Notes: generated by a model not told the origin, from the letters alone. A DNA stretch of 64,000 nt from Octopus vulgaris (GCA_951406725.2 OX597821.1:70866001-70930000); one strand, 5' to 3'. Counted from the first letter of the stretch, positions 40,766 to 55,432 are shown. Translations and numbers: made by a program.

Positions 40766-41188
40766 ATACAGTTTCTAGTTCGAATCACACGTGTCTCGAG
40801 ATGTGCCGAAGATTTTCTATTGTGGATATATTTGCGGTACTTAGGTCTGCTCAGGACTTAGTGCTTGCTTTTTCCATGGGTATGAGTAAGTATTTCACTT
40901 ATATCTCGCGTATTTGCCGCTGAAGAGGAGAAAATTCTTATGAATTAACTCCGAAATTGGACCAATACGGTAATAACGAATTTTTTAGAAATTTCTGTCG
41001 GTTTGTTTCGAGACACAAATTATAATGGTTATTGACAATTTTTGTTTCGGCATATTTGGCATTAGAATTTTTCTTTTGCCCTTACCTTGTAAATTATTTA
41101 TAAATTTAACATTTAAAGGTATTTTTTGATATGCTGGCCATTGATGAAATTTTTTTCTCGAAAAAAATTTTATCCTACATTAATTATA
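40766..41188 (+). mobile_element. ~420-bp non-coding element in (TA)n carrying a hammerhead ribozyme
   Basis: Unique sequence bounded by (TA)n on both sides, containing the motif at 40914-40973. Confidence 0.6.
40914..40973 (+). ncRNA. Type-I hammerhead ribozyme
   Basis: Stem I UUGCCG/CGGUAA; CUGAAGA 40920-26; stem II GGAG/CUCC extended by AAUUC/GAAUU; GAAA 40953-56; stem III UUGG-A-CCAA; AUA triplet, with cleavage predicted after 40967. Confidence 0.82.
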
Positions 41189-41399
41189 TATATATATATC
41201 TTTATAATGTCGTACAATGAATAAAATAACCGATTCCTTTATCGCTCTTTTTCTCGCACACAAAACCTCGATGTCGTTTGATTAAGTAAAATGTTACGAT
41301 ATTTCCTCCATATTATCCGGCAATGGTCTCTTTACAAACAGAATAGCAACTAGACTTCATTTCTTTATCTCAGTGTTTTTTTCTTGTTCAATATGCGAC

Positions 41400-41697
41400 T
41401 TTTTCTTCTTCTTCTTCTTCTTCTTCTTCTTCTTCTTCTTCTTCTTCTTCTTCTTCTTCTTCTTTTTCTTCTTCTTCATTTTCTTCTTCTTCATGTTCTT
41501 CTTCTTCTTCTTCTTCTTCTTCTTCTTCTTCTTCTTCTTCTTCTTCTTCTTCTTCTTCTTCTTCTTCTTCTTCTTCTTCTTCTTCTCCTTCTTCTTTTCC
41601 TTCATCTTCTTCTTCTTCTTCTTCTTCTTCTTCTCTTTCTTCTTCTTCTTCTTCTTCTCTTCTTCTTCTTCTCTCCTTTTTCTTCTCCTTTTTCTTC

Positions 41698-41733
<36 letters not shown>

Positions 41734-41770
41734 TTCTTCTTCTTCTTCATTTTCTTCTTCTTCTTCTACT
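41400..41770. repeat. (TTC)n/(TCA)n compound microsatellite
   Basis: Directly visible. Confidence 0.95.
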
Positions 41771-42195
41771 ACTACTATTTCTTCTTCTACTACTACCTCT
41801 TCTCCTCTTCCTCCCCCTCTGCCTTCTCTTCCTCTCTTTTCTCTTATCCTCTTCGCTTTTCTCCCTCGTCTTCCTCGTTTTATATTCTTCACTCTTCCAT
41901 TTGTCTTCTCTCTTCAAATTGCATTACTGATGCAATAAATCTTAGTGTTTTCAAAATACTTTAGGAGGGATTCGGAAACATTTTTTATGACATTATAAAC
42001 CATTTTTCATTCGCGTGCGTATGTACGTATGTGTGTGCGTGTGTCTGTGTGTGTGTGCGTGTGTGTGTGTTCCCTTTTTTTATTTTTTCATTCCGAAGTC
42101 TCTTTTCAACGATTGTTTACACTCATCATCATCACCACCATCTTCGCCGCCGTCGCCGTCGTTAATGGCGTCGTTATGATCGTGTTCATCATAGC

Positions 42196-42230
<35 letters not shown>

Positions 42231-42976
42231 GTATCATCATCATAATTGCTACTATACACGTCAGCTTTAGCGTTTATCTATACGTGTATGCCTGTGTGTA
42301 TGCATATACATATATATGTGTGTATACATATACATGTGTACATGTGTGCATACACGCGCGTAAATATACATACATACACACATACATACATACGTACATA
42401 TATATATATATATATATACACACACAAACACACACACATACATACACACATAGTTATATATACTTGCGTATAACTATTCCTGTTGCAGTTTTCCTCTTGA
42501 CGTTTTTCACCTCTTTCTGACTCCCCACCCCACCCCCATCCCAGCTTAAATTCTTCACACAAATGCTACATGTCTTAGAATCGTTTCTCTTTTTTTCTTT
42601 ATACCTTTTAAATCCAGTCTCCTTTTCATCATATCTAACTCTACTATTGAGATGAAGAACCGGGGGACAAACAGACAGACTCACTCAGCCGTTAAACTTA
42701 TACCATGTGTGATACTATTATTCATAAATAATATACAGATCAAGCATGCACCCCATACACACACGTTGGCCCCTCCCTTCAAATCCCATCCGTCCATTTA
42801 CCTAATCAGTTATCTCTGTTTAAATGTGTTTATGCGTGTGTGTTTGTACGTCTATCTATCTATCTTTCTATCTATCTATCTATCTGTCTGTCTGTTTGTC
42901 TATCTGTCTGTTTGTCTATATGTGTGTGTGCGTCCGTTTACACACATACACATGTATGTATGTGTATGTATGTATG

Positions 42977-43007
<31 letters not shown>

Positions 43008-43019
43008 GAATGTGTGTAT

Positions 43020-43440
43020 TTGCGGGCATGGCTATGTGGTTAGACGCCCGCTTGGCAACCACGTGTTTCGGGCTCAATCTCCCTGCGCAGCAACATGGGT
43101 GTCTTCTACTACAGCCGCGTGAGTGAATTTGGAAACTAGAAATTTGTGGGGTGTATGTGTCCGTGCGTGTGTGTGTGTGACTGTGCGAGAGCGTCTGTAC
43201 GTGTGTGTAAGTGCGTGTTTATGCATGAGTGTATATGTGTCTGTGTTTGTCAGCCGTCTTTCTAGCTTGACAACCGGTACTGGTTTGTTTATGTCCCCCT
43301 AACTTAGCGATTCGGCAAGAAATCACTTGAAAAAAGTACCAGCCTTCAAAAATTACTACTGGGTCGATTTCTTCGATTAAAACCATTCAATGTGGTACCC
43401 CAGCTTGGCCGATGCCCAATGTCTCAAACGAGTAAAAGAT
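43020..43440 (+). mobile_element. SINE family C
   Basis: GCGGGCATGGCTATGTGGTTAG head..(GT)n..GCTTGACAACCGGTACTGG..CCCCAGCTTGGCCG..GAGTAAAAGAT. Confidence 0.8.
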
Positions 43441-43699
43441 AAACGGTGTGTGTTTGTGTGTGTGTCTATGTGTGATCATGTGTATGTGTGTGTGTGTGTA
43501 CTAAGAAATCATAAGTCAGGAAAAATTGCACTCATATTTTGTCAGTTGAGTGAGTATATTAAGCGAAGTGTACAGTATCATATATCCATTACTGCTGATC
43601 TTTGCGAAATCGATCGCTAAGATCGGCCCTAATGGATATATAATACTGATTGACCGCTAACTCCAAAAGTTTTTTTTTTTCTCTCTCTCTCTCTCTGTT

Positions 43700-43842
43700 T
43701 ATTTTCTCTTCTTCCTTTCTGTCGAAGAGCGTAGGCTCGAAACGTAAAAGACTTTCTCACCTTTCTGAGCGTCAAACTAACACACCAGCTTGTTGTTTAT
43801 ACACCTGTCTTCGTCTTTTGTTTTTCTGTAAATTTCAACTAT
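43700..43842 (+). mobile_element. Short Penelope-like pLTR remnant with variant hammerhead-like core
   Basis: CUUU-CUGUCGA-A-GAGC-GUAG-GCUC-GAAACGUA-AAAG (43715-43750). Confidence 0.55.
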
Positions 43843-44395
43843 AATACTGTACACATGGATTATTGTATATATAAAATATACATATATATATATATATAGT
43901 AAGTTAGTTTACTCTCACGGATAGGATCAACGCAAAAAGTACTGCACCCAGTGAGAGATAAATATCATTTAAATACACAGTATTTAAAAATCAGCTGCTT
44001 TAATTTCAAGCTGTGCAAACACGATATTTCGCCAGTTTTATATAACGCATGTTATGTAAATGCATGCTTATTTCTTGGGCTTCGTAGATAGGAATGGCAA
44101 AATGATGAATACTGCTTGATATTCTTAAAGATGACAAAAAATTGATATAAAAAGAAATTCATAATAATTCGACAAAAATGACTACAATAGTAAGTTGTGC
44201 GAAAAAGGGTTTATTTTCTGGAGATACCTCTTGAACATCACGTGAAGCGACATATCTGTACCGAGAGATGCACCTCAACCAGTTTTACAGTGTCCACCTA
44301 TCTCTCTCATTATTTGCATACCCGATGAACAATGTAGAATTCCTAAGGTAAAACCAGTGACATTTATAATAATAATAATAACAATAATAATAATT

Positions 44396-44425
<30 letters not shown>

Positions 44426-44429
<4 letters not shown>

Positions 44430-44740
44430 AGCAGCTAAGCCAGGTTTCACCCAGTTGGTTTGGATGATGTGGCTGTAAAACCTGCTCTGTGTAAGCATTC
44501 GACTTGTTTGGGCACGCTTACGTTAAAAAACAATTTTAGAATTACTTTTTTCTGTAAAAATGCTAAAAATAACCAACCAACAAAAAAATTCAAGATTCAA
44601 CCAAGTTAAAAATTAAACCCAAATACTAAGCGAACAAAGATGAACTATCCAACTTCTATTGTGCGCGCACACGTGCACACACACTTACGCGCGTGTGCAC
44701 ATACACACACACACACACATTCACAGATCTTCCCTTTTAC
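44426..44740 (+). mobile_element. Helentron-associated (HINE/DINE-like) non-autonomous element, decayed
   Basis: 5' ACAAGCAGCTAAGCCAGGTTTCACCCAG and a 3' (CA)n microsatellite followed by TTCCCTTTTA. The match to HINE architecture is from recall only. Confidence 0.45.
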
Positions 44741-44819
44741 ATACACACACATATATTCACACACAGTTGAAACGCTGTTTGATTTATTTTTTGAGTATAC
44801 AGTTTTTATCATCCCACTA

Positions 44820-45035
44820 CCAAGTATGACATCACCCCTTCCTTTCTCATTCATAAACAGAAGAGTATCATTATAGTAGATTTTCCCGGTAACCATAGGA
44901 GCTATGAAGAAATACAAAGCCCAGCAATACCTACGGATCATTCTACATATCTGTGTAATATTTCGCGCAATTCCACCCACCCATTTGACCGTGAATCCCA
45001 AGACGAGAAAAAATCGCCCATGTCAAATATTTGCA
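44820..45035 (+). mobile_element. Probable second HINE-like fragment
   Basis: ..AATATTTCGCGCAATTCCACCCACCCATTTGACCGTGAAT.. ending in (TA)n. Confidence 0.35.
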
Positions 45036-45045
45036 TATATATATA

Positions 45046-45207
<162 letters not shown>

Positions 45208-45900
45208 TATATATATATATATTCTGACCGTGATCTATTATGCCTATAATGGATCACAGATGGAATAGAAAGTATATTTCATCTAGCTTAACAGTTGAAG
45301 TTAACTAGAAACCATCTGGATACTAAAAGAAATTTTGGCTGCTTTTGAGCAGACTCCATTGAGCTTGTATGTAAATACAGTCGCTAAAAGTGAGATTTGT
45401 CTATGGGTTCAAGTCCCAGATAGGTACCTCTCTGTGGTTTGTGCTGAAAGCTTTGTTGCATCTCATCAAATGACTGATAATTTCGTCACATTTAGTGTTG
45501 CGAGTTAAAGGGGGTTTTGGGTTTTTTTTTTGTTGCTAATGTTTGGGTCCACACAAAGATGTCGATGTAAGTGCAAAGGATTAGCTTTACATGAAAACAG
45601 GGGTTAGTATCAAAGTGAGCATTTAAACCTATCTTCTATTTGCTTTGTAGAGGTACATAGGTGTTATTTTCTTGGATTTCGGGAGGTTAACGACGCCAAT
45701 TGTAAACACACGCACTGTTTCGGGTTTACTTTTATATTTCTCAGTTGCAAAGCAAATACAAACGCGGAAAATGGTTGTTGTTGTCTTATAAATGTTGTTG
45801 CTAATAATGGAAACATTAGTAAAAAATACAGTATGTATGTGTATGTATGCATATCAGAATGTGTGTGTGTATGTTTCTATAATATATGTATATATTTATC

Positions 45901-45986
<86 letters not shown>

Positions 45987-46205
45987 CAGACAGATATACA
46001 AACGGACAGATATATATATATATATATATATGCATACATACATACATACATACATACATACATACATACATGCAAAAATACCCTGTTGATGTTGAAATTG
46101 CAATGAAGGAACCTGAATTCAACAAATTGAACCTGTTTCTGTTGCTCATCAGACAGTTGCTAGAATGCAAAACTGTCTGATCGAAAACTCAATCAGATTT
46201 GATAA

Positions 46206-46248
<43 letters not shown>

Positions 46249-46441
46249 TATATATGCATACATACATACATACATACATACATACATACATACATACATA
46301 CATACATACATACATACATACATACATACATGCAAAAATACCCTGTTGATGTTGAAATTGCAATGAAGGAACCTTGGATCCAGATTAGAAACCGTCTCTT
46401 TCTATCATGAAATAGAAGTGAATAATGACATACATACATAT

Positions 46442-46980
46442 ATGGTGGTTGTCCCCTCGTTATCGAGTATGGACATTGCACGAAGCTTAATCAATGTTGT
46501 TATCGTGCAATGCCTGTGCAAGATTTTTTTTTAAGTGAGTAAAGGCTGTGCACTGAGTCAATCCCACTCACTAAGCAACAGCAGCCATAATCCGAAAAGA
46601 AGAACAAGTCAACATCATCGGTAACCACTGAGCTGCAGGTTTTATGTCGGAGTTATCCCAGTTACCTCAGTTACCTTCTCCTAGAAGGATGCCCTAACAA
46701 AGGCTAGGTTTAACCGCGCGATCGGGTATTCAGTCCGATTATTTCTATGTTCCCGCGCATGATACAGCCTTAAGACATTTATTGGATGGCCGTTGACTCT
46801 CAAGAGTTCCTCCGCCCTTTGACGGGTTGTGGTTTTCCTCCCGCAGGGTGTCCAATAAACACCCTCCTCACCAAGCAAGCTTGGTGGGGTTGCCGGTTTA
46901 GTCGCCGACGACCCGACCATGCAACAGGTTGTACTGGGTTACATGTTACCAGTAACACTCGAAAGTGACCTGACATAACA
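46442..46980 (-). mobile_element. RTE-derived ~540-bp non-autonomous retroelement in (CATA)n
   Basis: Near-identical reverse complement of 56716-57216. The 3' end CATACTCGATAACGAGGGGACAACCACCAT is RTE-tail-like. Confidence 0.85.
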
Positions 46981-47111
46981 TACATACATACATACATACA
47001 TACATTATATATATATATGTATGTATATGTATATAAATATATATATTTTCCCATATGTATATATGTATATATATATTCACATATATATATATATGAATGT
47101 ATATATATAAG

Positions 47112-47150
<39 letters not shown>

Positions 47151-47214
47151 GGAGAGAGAGAGAGAGAGAGAGAGAGACAGATGTGAATATATATATACAT
47201 ATACATTTATATAC

Positions 47215-47257
<43 letters not shown>

Positions 47258-47259
<2 letters not shown>

Positions 47260-47645
47260 GGTAGTGGATAGCGATTTTATTCACTACTTCAGGGAGTGAC
47301 GACCCCGCCTGACACGAGTCCCGGGCTCAGCTGGCTTCGGCTGATAGTACCCGCTATAGGCCCCTATCCAAGGATACGGAAAGGAGACAACTTTCAAAGA
47401 AATCCGGAGTGGAGCCCCTTAAGCGGTTTAGTGTTCGACTTAACACTCTTTCGGCAGCTCCTGCAACCAAGCTGGTGCCAAACGTAATGCTCTGCACTCC
47501 TTTAAACCATGTCGAGAGAGGAATCCTGACGATTGGGCTACCCAGGATTTTCTTACATCTAGCCCAGGCCTGCGCAAAACTGGAGAGGATTATTTTATGC
47601 GCAACTCCATTGTCTCCCGAGACAAAGGGATGCCAATAACAACAT
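47258..47645 (+). mobile_element. RTE-derived short bipartite element (5'UTR plus 3' tail)
   Basis: AAATCCGGAGTGGAGCCCCT..GGCAGCTCCTGCAACCAAGCTGGTGCCAAACGTA and tail CCATTGTCTCCCGAGACAAAGGGATGCCAATAACAAC resemble RTE ends. Confidence 0.6.
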
Positions 47646-47935
47646 AGATATATATATACCTGTCTCTGTGTGTTTGTGTGTGTCTGTATCTATGTGCGAG
47701 TGTGCATTTGTACGCGCGCGCGCGAGCGTGTGTGTGCGTGTGCGTAGTGAGAGAGAATTGCCTAAATTATATGAAATTGACCTCGTATCACATATAGACT
47801 TTACAACACTAAAACCATTTATTTTTTCTCTGCTTTCTGAAGCCAATTCCGACTAAATAACTTTGACATGAAGCATTAATTAAATGAAATTATAAGCTCC
47901 CGGTTGTAAATATAATAGTAATAATAATGATGATG

Positions 47936-48075
<140 letters not shown>

Positions 48076-49041
48076 TTGTAATGCGAGACCGAAGACAGCA
48101 GTGAAAGATTAAACTTTTAACTTATCAACAGAGAAAGAAAACTCTGAAAAGACATACCATTGTGACAGAAATGTGAATGTAAAGAAGCGAGTGGGACCTG
48201 CTGAGGATTTCTAATGGTGTTGGTGAGGTAGTATTTCCAGTTAAAATGTAAATTACAAAGAGTGTACGTATTTTACCATATCTCTCTCTCTCCCCCTCTC
48301 TCTTCCCCTCTCTCTCTCCCTCTCTCTCTCCCTCTCTCTCTCCCTCTCTCTCTCTTTCTCTCTCTCTTTATTTCTCTCTTTCAAGTTCAAATTCCTGATA
48401 CCCCATATAATGGAAATATGTTTCCTATTACCCCACAGCCGTTTCTGCGACCAATGCTCTTCTGCCATTATTCACTTCACTAGTCGGTGTTAAAATGTTG
48501 ATTTTCTCTTTGACCAGAGAATATGTAACAGTCTGTCCCTTTATTGTGGGTTTTATTCTTATAGTTTTATGCAGTTACTTGTCTTTTAGTCTTGTATTTG
48601 TCTGGTAAATTCTTGACGTGAAATTTTCTGTTCGATCAAACGCTGTTGATCTTGAGATGGTCGTTTTGCTCATAAAAATTCGTACTATTTAATTATAAGC
48701 CAATTAACTAATCGATTGCTTGATAAATCGTTCGACAGGCCAATAAATCAGTTGGTTAGCTAGAGTCCTTTCACTGCCATTCTTAGTATCTAAAGCTTCG
48801 TGTTTCTATAAATGTTTAAGATGACCCCCAGCCCATACTTTCATTATATGACGTCAATTGCTCCATGCCACTGTGTTTGTGGTACATTTAGAACCTTCCC
48901 AAACATTTCTTTAAGTCTGCTGTCGAATATTCATCGTATTTTATCATATCTTTTGAGCCCTGAGTCTAAATAAAAACTGAAAAGATCATTATTATTATTG
49001 TTATTATTATTATTATTACTATTATTATTATTATTATTTAT

Positions 49042-49420
49042 TATTTCTCTTTATCACAGGCTGTGTTGGAACTCTTGGAGTCTTACATGCGTAGCGGGCA
49101 TGCTACCTGCAGCCTACGGTACCATACTATTCGATTCTTTTCAGCTATCTAATACTTTCCTGATTATTCTGGCCGTGCCAAGGAGACAAGGCTTTTATAA
49201 CAGTTCTACTGGACATTCTATTCCAATTTCCTTCATATTCCTCTTGACGCCCTCTAATACTGTTCCCAAGGATCTAGCACCCTCTTCATTTTCCATAGCC
49301 GGGCTATTTCGTACTTAAGAGGGTTATATTTATCTAATTTTTTAGCCTTCCTTCTTGTCTATTCGTGGGTCAAAGAGGCATGCAACATCAACTACATAGC
49401 ATATGTGGTCCACCTTTATG

Positions 49421-49500
<80 letters not shown>

Positions 49501-49520
49501 CATCATTATTATTATTATTG

Positions 49521-49585
<65 letters not shown>

Positions 49586-49904
49586 GCCTTTGCACAGCTT
49601 CTCAATTGAGACTATGTCTGGCTTCCTATTCTCTATATCATGGTGGCACTGAATCATAAAATCCTACAGGATCTTTGCATTATCATTTTCGATGATGCCT
49701 TCGAGTTTGTGGTCGTACCAGTTATTTTTCTCTTTCAAGTCCATACATGTTGCAAAGTGTCCAATGGACAATCCTTGCTATATTGTCATGACGTCTCTTA
49801 TATTCCTTCTGGGCTAGTGGCATACATTGGCTGCTAATATGCCATACGGTTTCACCATTTTGTCCACAAATTCTGCACTTATCACTTTCTGATGTGTTGT
49901 CTAT

Positions 49905-49905
<1 letters not shown>
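49042..49905 (-). pseudogene. R4/Dong-type LINE 3' fragment interrupted by (TTA)n
   Basis: Minus strand: CRICGQNGETVWHI, RRHDNIARIVHW, IL*DFMIQCHHDIENRKPDIVSIEK [array] CYVVDVACLFDPRIDKKEG, ECPVELL..CLLGTARIIRKVLDS. Confidence 0.88.
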
Positions 49906-49959
<54 letters not shown>

Positions 49960-49961
49960 CA

Positions 49962-50055
<94 letters not shown>

Positions 50056-50064
50056 CATTATTAT

Positions 50065-50240
50065 TGAGCTGACAGAATTATTAGCACGTCGGACGAAATG
50101 CTTAGCGGCTGTTTTATGATCTGAGTTCAAATTCTGCCAGGACAACGTTCAGTTCCAAGATCGATGAAATAAATACCATTGAAATACTGAAATTAGTATC
50201 ACAAAGCCTATTTGCCCCGTATTGTGTGGCCCACCTTAGA
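50065..50240 (+). mobile_element. SINE family A after (TTA)n
   Basis: GAGCTGACAGAATTATTAGCACGTCGGACGAAATGCTTAGCGG..CTGAGTTCAAATTCTGCC. Confidence 0.75.
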
Positions 50241-50504
50241 AAATCTTACTATTACTTTTCTTTGTTTTTGTTTTTCATTTATTTCTATTTCTTCGTTATT
50301 TTATTTCTATAATTTTTTTGTCTTACAGAAGGAATATTTAAAATGGATTAGACGCTTCGCCGACTGCTCAGGCCGTTCTAACAGTTTTCTCCATTAGAAA
50401 GATGTAAAACTATCTGACGTATTAATGCTACCAGTGAGTAATTTACTCGTTCAAATAATGGTAGAAGCTTTTTACAAAGGACACAAGATATATACATATA
50501 CATA

Positions 50505-50599
<95 letters not shown>

Positions 50600-50651
50600 C
50601 ACATACACACACACATATATATATACATACACATACATACATATATATACA

Positions 50652-50694
<43 letters not shown>

Positions 50695-51146
50695 CGTAAA
50701 TTTATGCATACGTGCATGTATATATAACTTCAAATATATATATATACACACACATTCATAATATGAATGTATATTATATACATATATGTATGTGTGTGTA
50801 TGTGTGTCTACACATATATACTTGTATATATATTAATATATCATGTATATGCATGCATATATGTGCGTATTTGTGTGAATGTGTGTGAGTGTGTGTATAT
50901 ATACATTTATAGACGTTCACACGTGCGCGCGCACACACATATACACACAAGCACAGACACGCACGCGCACTCTCATACATAACAGGAAACCAAGTTGTCA
51001 ACAAATTACACGTATCTTGTATTACGACTGAACTGCAATCATATTTAAAAGACGTTGCTTGGGAAATATATTAATGGGGGAAGGCTGTGTATGTCGGTAT
51101 GGGACTATGTCTGCGTGTGTGTGTGTGTGTGTATGTGTGTCTGTGT

Positions 51147-51203
<57 letters not shown>

Positions 51204-51949
51204 TATGCGTGTGTTTTGTATAATTTTTTTTATTCTTTTATTCTTGATTTTCTTTAATCCTTTCTTTGGACGGCTGAGATAGTTGACATCTCTCACTGCA
51301 AGTGTCTTCATATTCTGGCATAAATATCAAATACTAAGACCTAACGAGGCTTAACTAACTACAGTTCAGAAGGAGGAAATCCTGTGGGGGAATTAAACAG
51401 ATGTGCTTTGGATGGAATGCGGTACAAGCGAGTACAAACACTCAGCTATCAAGGGATGCGGTGATGTTGACGACGACTAACAGAGGGGTCCGAGGCTCTT
51501 ACATTTCGTGGGGACGGACAGCAAAGGATTATATAGACCTCAGTATTTGGCTAGCACTTTATTTTATTGAGCTCTGAGTTATAAATACAAAATCGATCTC
51601 GAGCTGAACCGAACTCAGAATGTAAAGAATTCAAATACTCCAAGCGTATTCGTGGGACACTCTAATGACTCCGCTTACCTCGCTCTCTTTCTTTCTCTCG
51701 AGTCCTCGGCCGCCTACTACACCTGAATGGGAAGGTAAAGTCAATTCAATCAACCCAATTATATGACTGCTATATTGCCAACTAAATCAGATACAGAAAA
51801 GTGACAATCATAGTCAAATAATAATGATAATAGCAACAACAACAATAATTATAATACTTTGTACTAAAGGCACAACGCCTGAAATTTGGGGGGAGGGGAC
51901 TGGTCGATTAGATCAACCCAGTACACAACTGGTACTTAATTTATTGACC

Positions 51950-53020
51950 TCGCGCGCAGTCGCAGTAGTTCGATATGGCGCTAGAAACCTGAAGTGGACA
52001 GAGGTGGAGCTAAAGGAGTTGAACAGGAAGTGAAGAAAACTCCTAACGATGCAGGGAGCCCATCATCCACGTAGACACTGATCGCCTATGAAGAAAGCAA
52101 ATGGAGGAATGGGACCGATAAGTGTGGAAGACTGCGTACGTATCGAACTCGAGAGCTTAATGAGAAACCTAGCCCAAAGTAAGGAAACCTTGCTAGTGTC
52201 AGTTAGGAATGAGGGAGTATTGAAAGCAGAGAAAAATGGAAAAACAAAGGAAGAAGTAGAAAAAGGACATGAAGAAGCATTACGCAACAAGTGATGAATT
52301 CCAAGTAGCCACAATAGAAATTGCTGGAAAACATTGGTGGGATCGCCTAAGGAATCGAACACTGAAAATGGAGATTGGGAGCAGTGTGCTGGCAACGCAA
52401 GACCAACTTTTGGCCACGAACTGGAGGGTCAACCGTAGGAATGAGCAAGTGTATCTACTGTGCTCCATCTGTAATACAGTGAACGAATCTATTGCTCATA
52501 TCAACGAACGAATGCCCTAGAATTGCCCAAAACCACTACGAGTCGTGGCGACGCGATTAGGTATCAAAAGTTGTACGTTGGAAACTGTGTCAAAAGTGGG
52601 GACTAGAGAGAGGCAAGACGTGGTATGAGCAGAAACTGCAGAGACTGATGGAGCCGCAGTCTTGCAAAATCCTCTGGGATCTTCCAGTGCAAACAGATCA
52701 GGTACTTGGCCATTACAGACCTATTGGACCTATACAGCACCACGAGCTGTATAGTGGATGCTGCATTTCCCTTTGACCCACGAATAGTCAAGAAGGAAGG
52801 TGAAAGAAAAGATAAATACATCACTCTTAAGTACGAAATAGCCAGGCTATGGAAAATGAAGGTGAAGATACTGCCAATTATTGTCGGGTCCTTGGGAACA
52901 GTATTAAAAGGCGTCAAGAGGAATATAAAGGATATTGTAATAAAGCGCCCAGTAGAACTGTTACAAAAGGTTTGCCTCCTTTGCACAGCTAGAATAATCA
53001 GGAAAGTATTAGATAGCTGA
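51950..53020 (+). pseudogene. R4/Dong-type LINE 3' ~1.1 kb, disrupted
   Basis: RAVAVVRYGARNLKWTEVELKELNRK*RKLLTM, GGMGPISVED, LATQDQLLAT, CSICNTVNESIAHI, CIVDAAFPFDPRIVKKEGERKDKY..LQKVCLLCTARIIRKVLDS*. Confidence 0.9.
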
Positions 53021-53101
53021 AACATCTTGAGATATTTTGTCCACGGACAAGCAAATATACAAACACGACTAATAACAATACCTCCGCCTTCGCTAAGGCG
53101 A

Positions 53102-53106
<5 letters not shown>
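53021..53106 (+). mobile_element. Helentron/HINE terminal fragment
   Basis: ..TTGAGATATTTTGTCCACGGAC..AACAATACCTCCGCCTT-CGCT-AAGGCGAGGTA, with a terminal hairpin at 53079-53105. Confidence 0.6.
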
Positions 53107-53150
<44 letters not shown>

Positions 53151-53167
53151 GTAATAATAATATAATA

Positions 53168-54245
<1,078 letters not shown>

Positions 54246-54413
54246 TTTAACTATGCATCCTAAAATAAAAAAGAATTTCGAACAGCCTGCCATTGTAATT
54301 TTGAGAACAATGGAACAAATATTGAAAATATAAATAAACTTTGGTGAAATGACAAATTAAGAACTCTTAAAAAAGATGCGTGTATGGGTGAGAGTGTGCG
54401 AGTGCGTGTGTGT

Positions 54414-54498
<85 letters not shown>

Positions 54499-54578
54499 TG
54501 TGTATGAAGATCTACACAAGTGTTTATACGTGTGAATCGTTACAGAAATTGTAAACATATATTTGTGTGAACGTATAT

Positions 54579-54635
<57 letters not shown>

Positions 54636-54916
54636 ATGTTATATCATATTATATATATTATATTTATATTATATATATATGTATGTATATATATGTATAT
54701 TAATGGTTACATAAACTGTAAATATGTATTTGTATCAATGAACATATATATAAATATATATATATACATATATACATACATATATATATGATATAAATAT
54801 AATATAAATATAATATAATGTATGTATATTAATATATATATATATATATGCGTGTGTGTGTGAGAGTATGTATGTGTCTGTGTGAATGTTTGTTTGTATA
54901 TACATATATATGCGTT

Positions 54917-54973
<57 letters not shown>

Positions 54974-55089
54974 TTATGTACATTTATGTGCGTATGTGTG
55001 TGTGTTTTTCTGCGCGTGCGTAATACTAAATACATTATTGCTAATATATATATATACGTATGTGAGCAGATACATTCTTAAATACATAG

Positions 55090-55155
<66 letters not shown>

Positions 55156-55395
55156 GCGCACATATAAATGTACACAAATATTTAAAAGTATTCACATACA
55201 TGTATACATATTCGCGTACGTGTATGTGCATGTGTACGAATGTATATATTTACGTATACATACATATACATGTATGTGTACACGAACATATACGTGGGTA
55301 CATATATGTGTTTGAGTTTGTGCATATGTATACATGTGTGTGTGTGCGTGTGTGTGTGTGTGTTTTAGTGCGTGTGTATTTATGAATTGTATATC

Positions 55396-55432
<37 letters not shown>

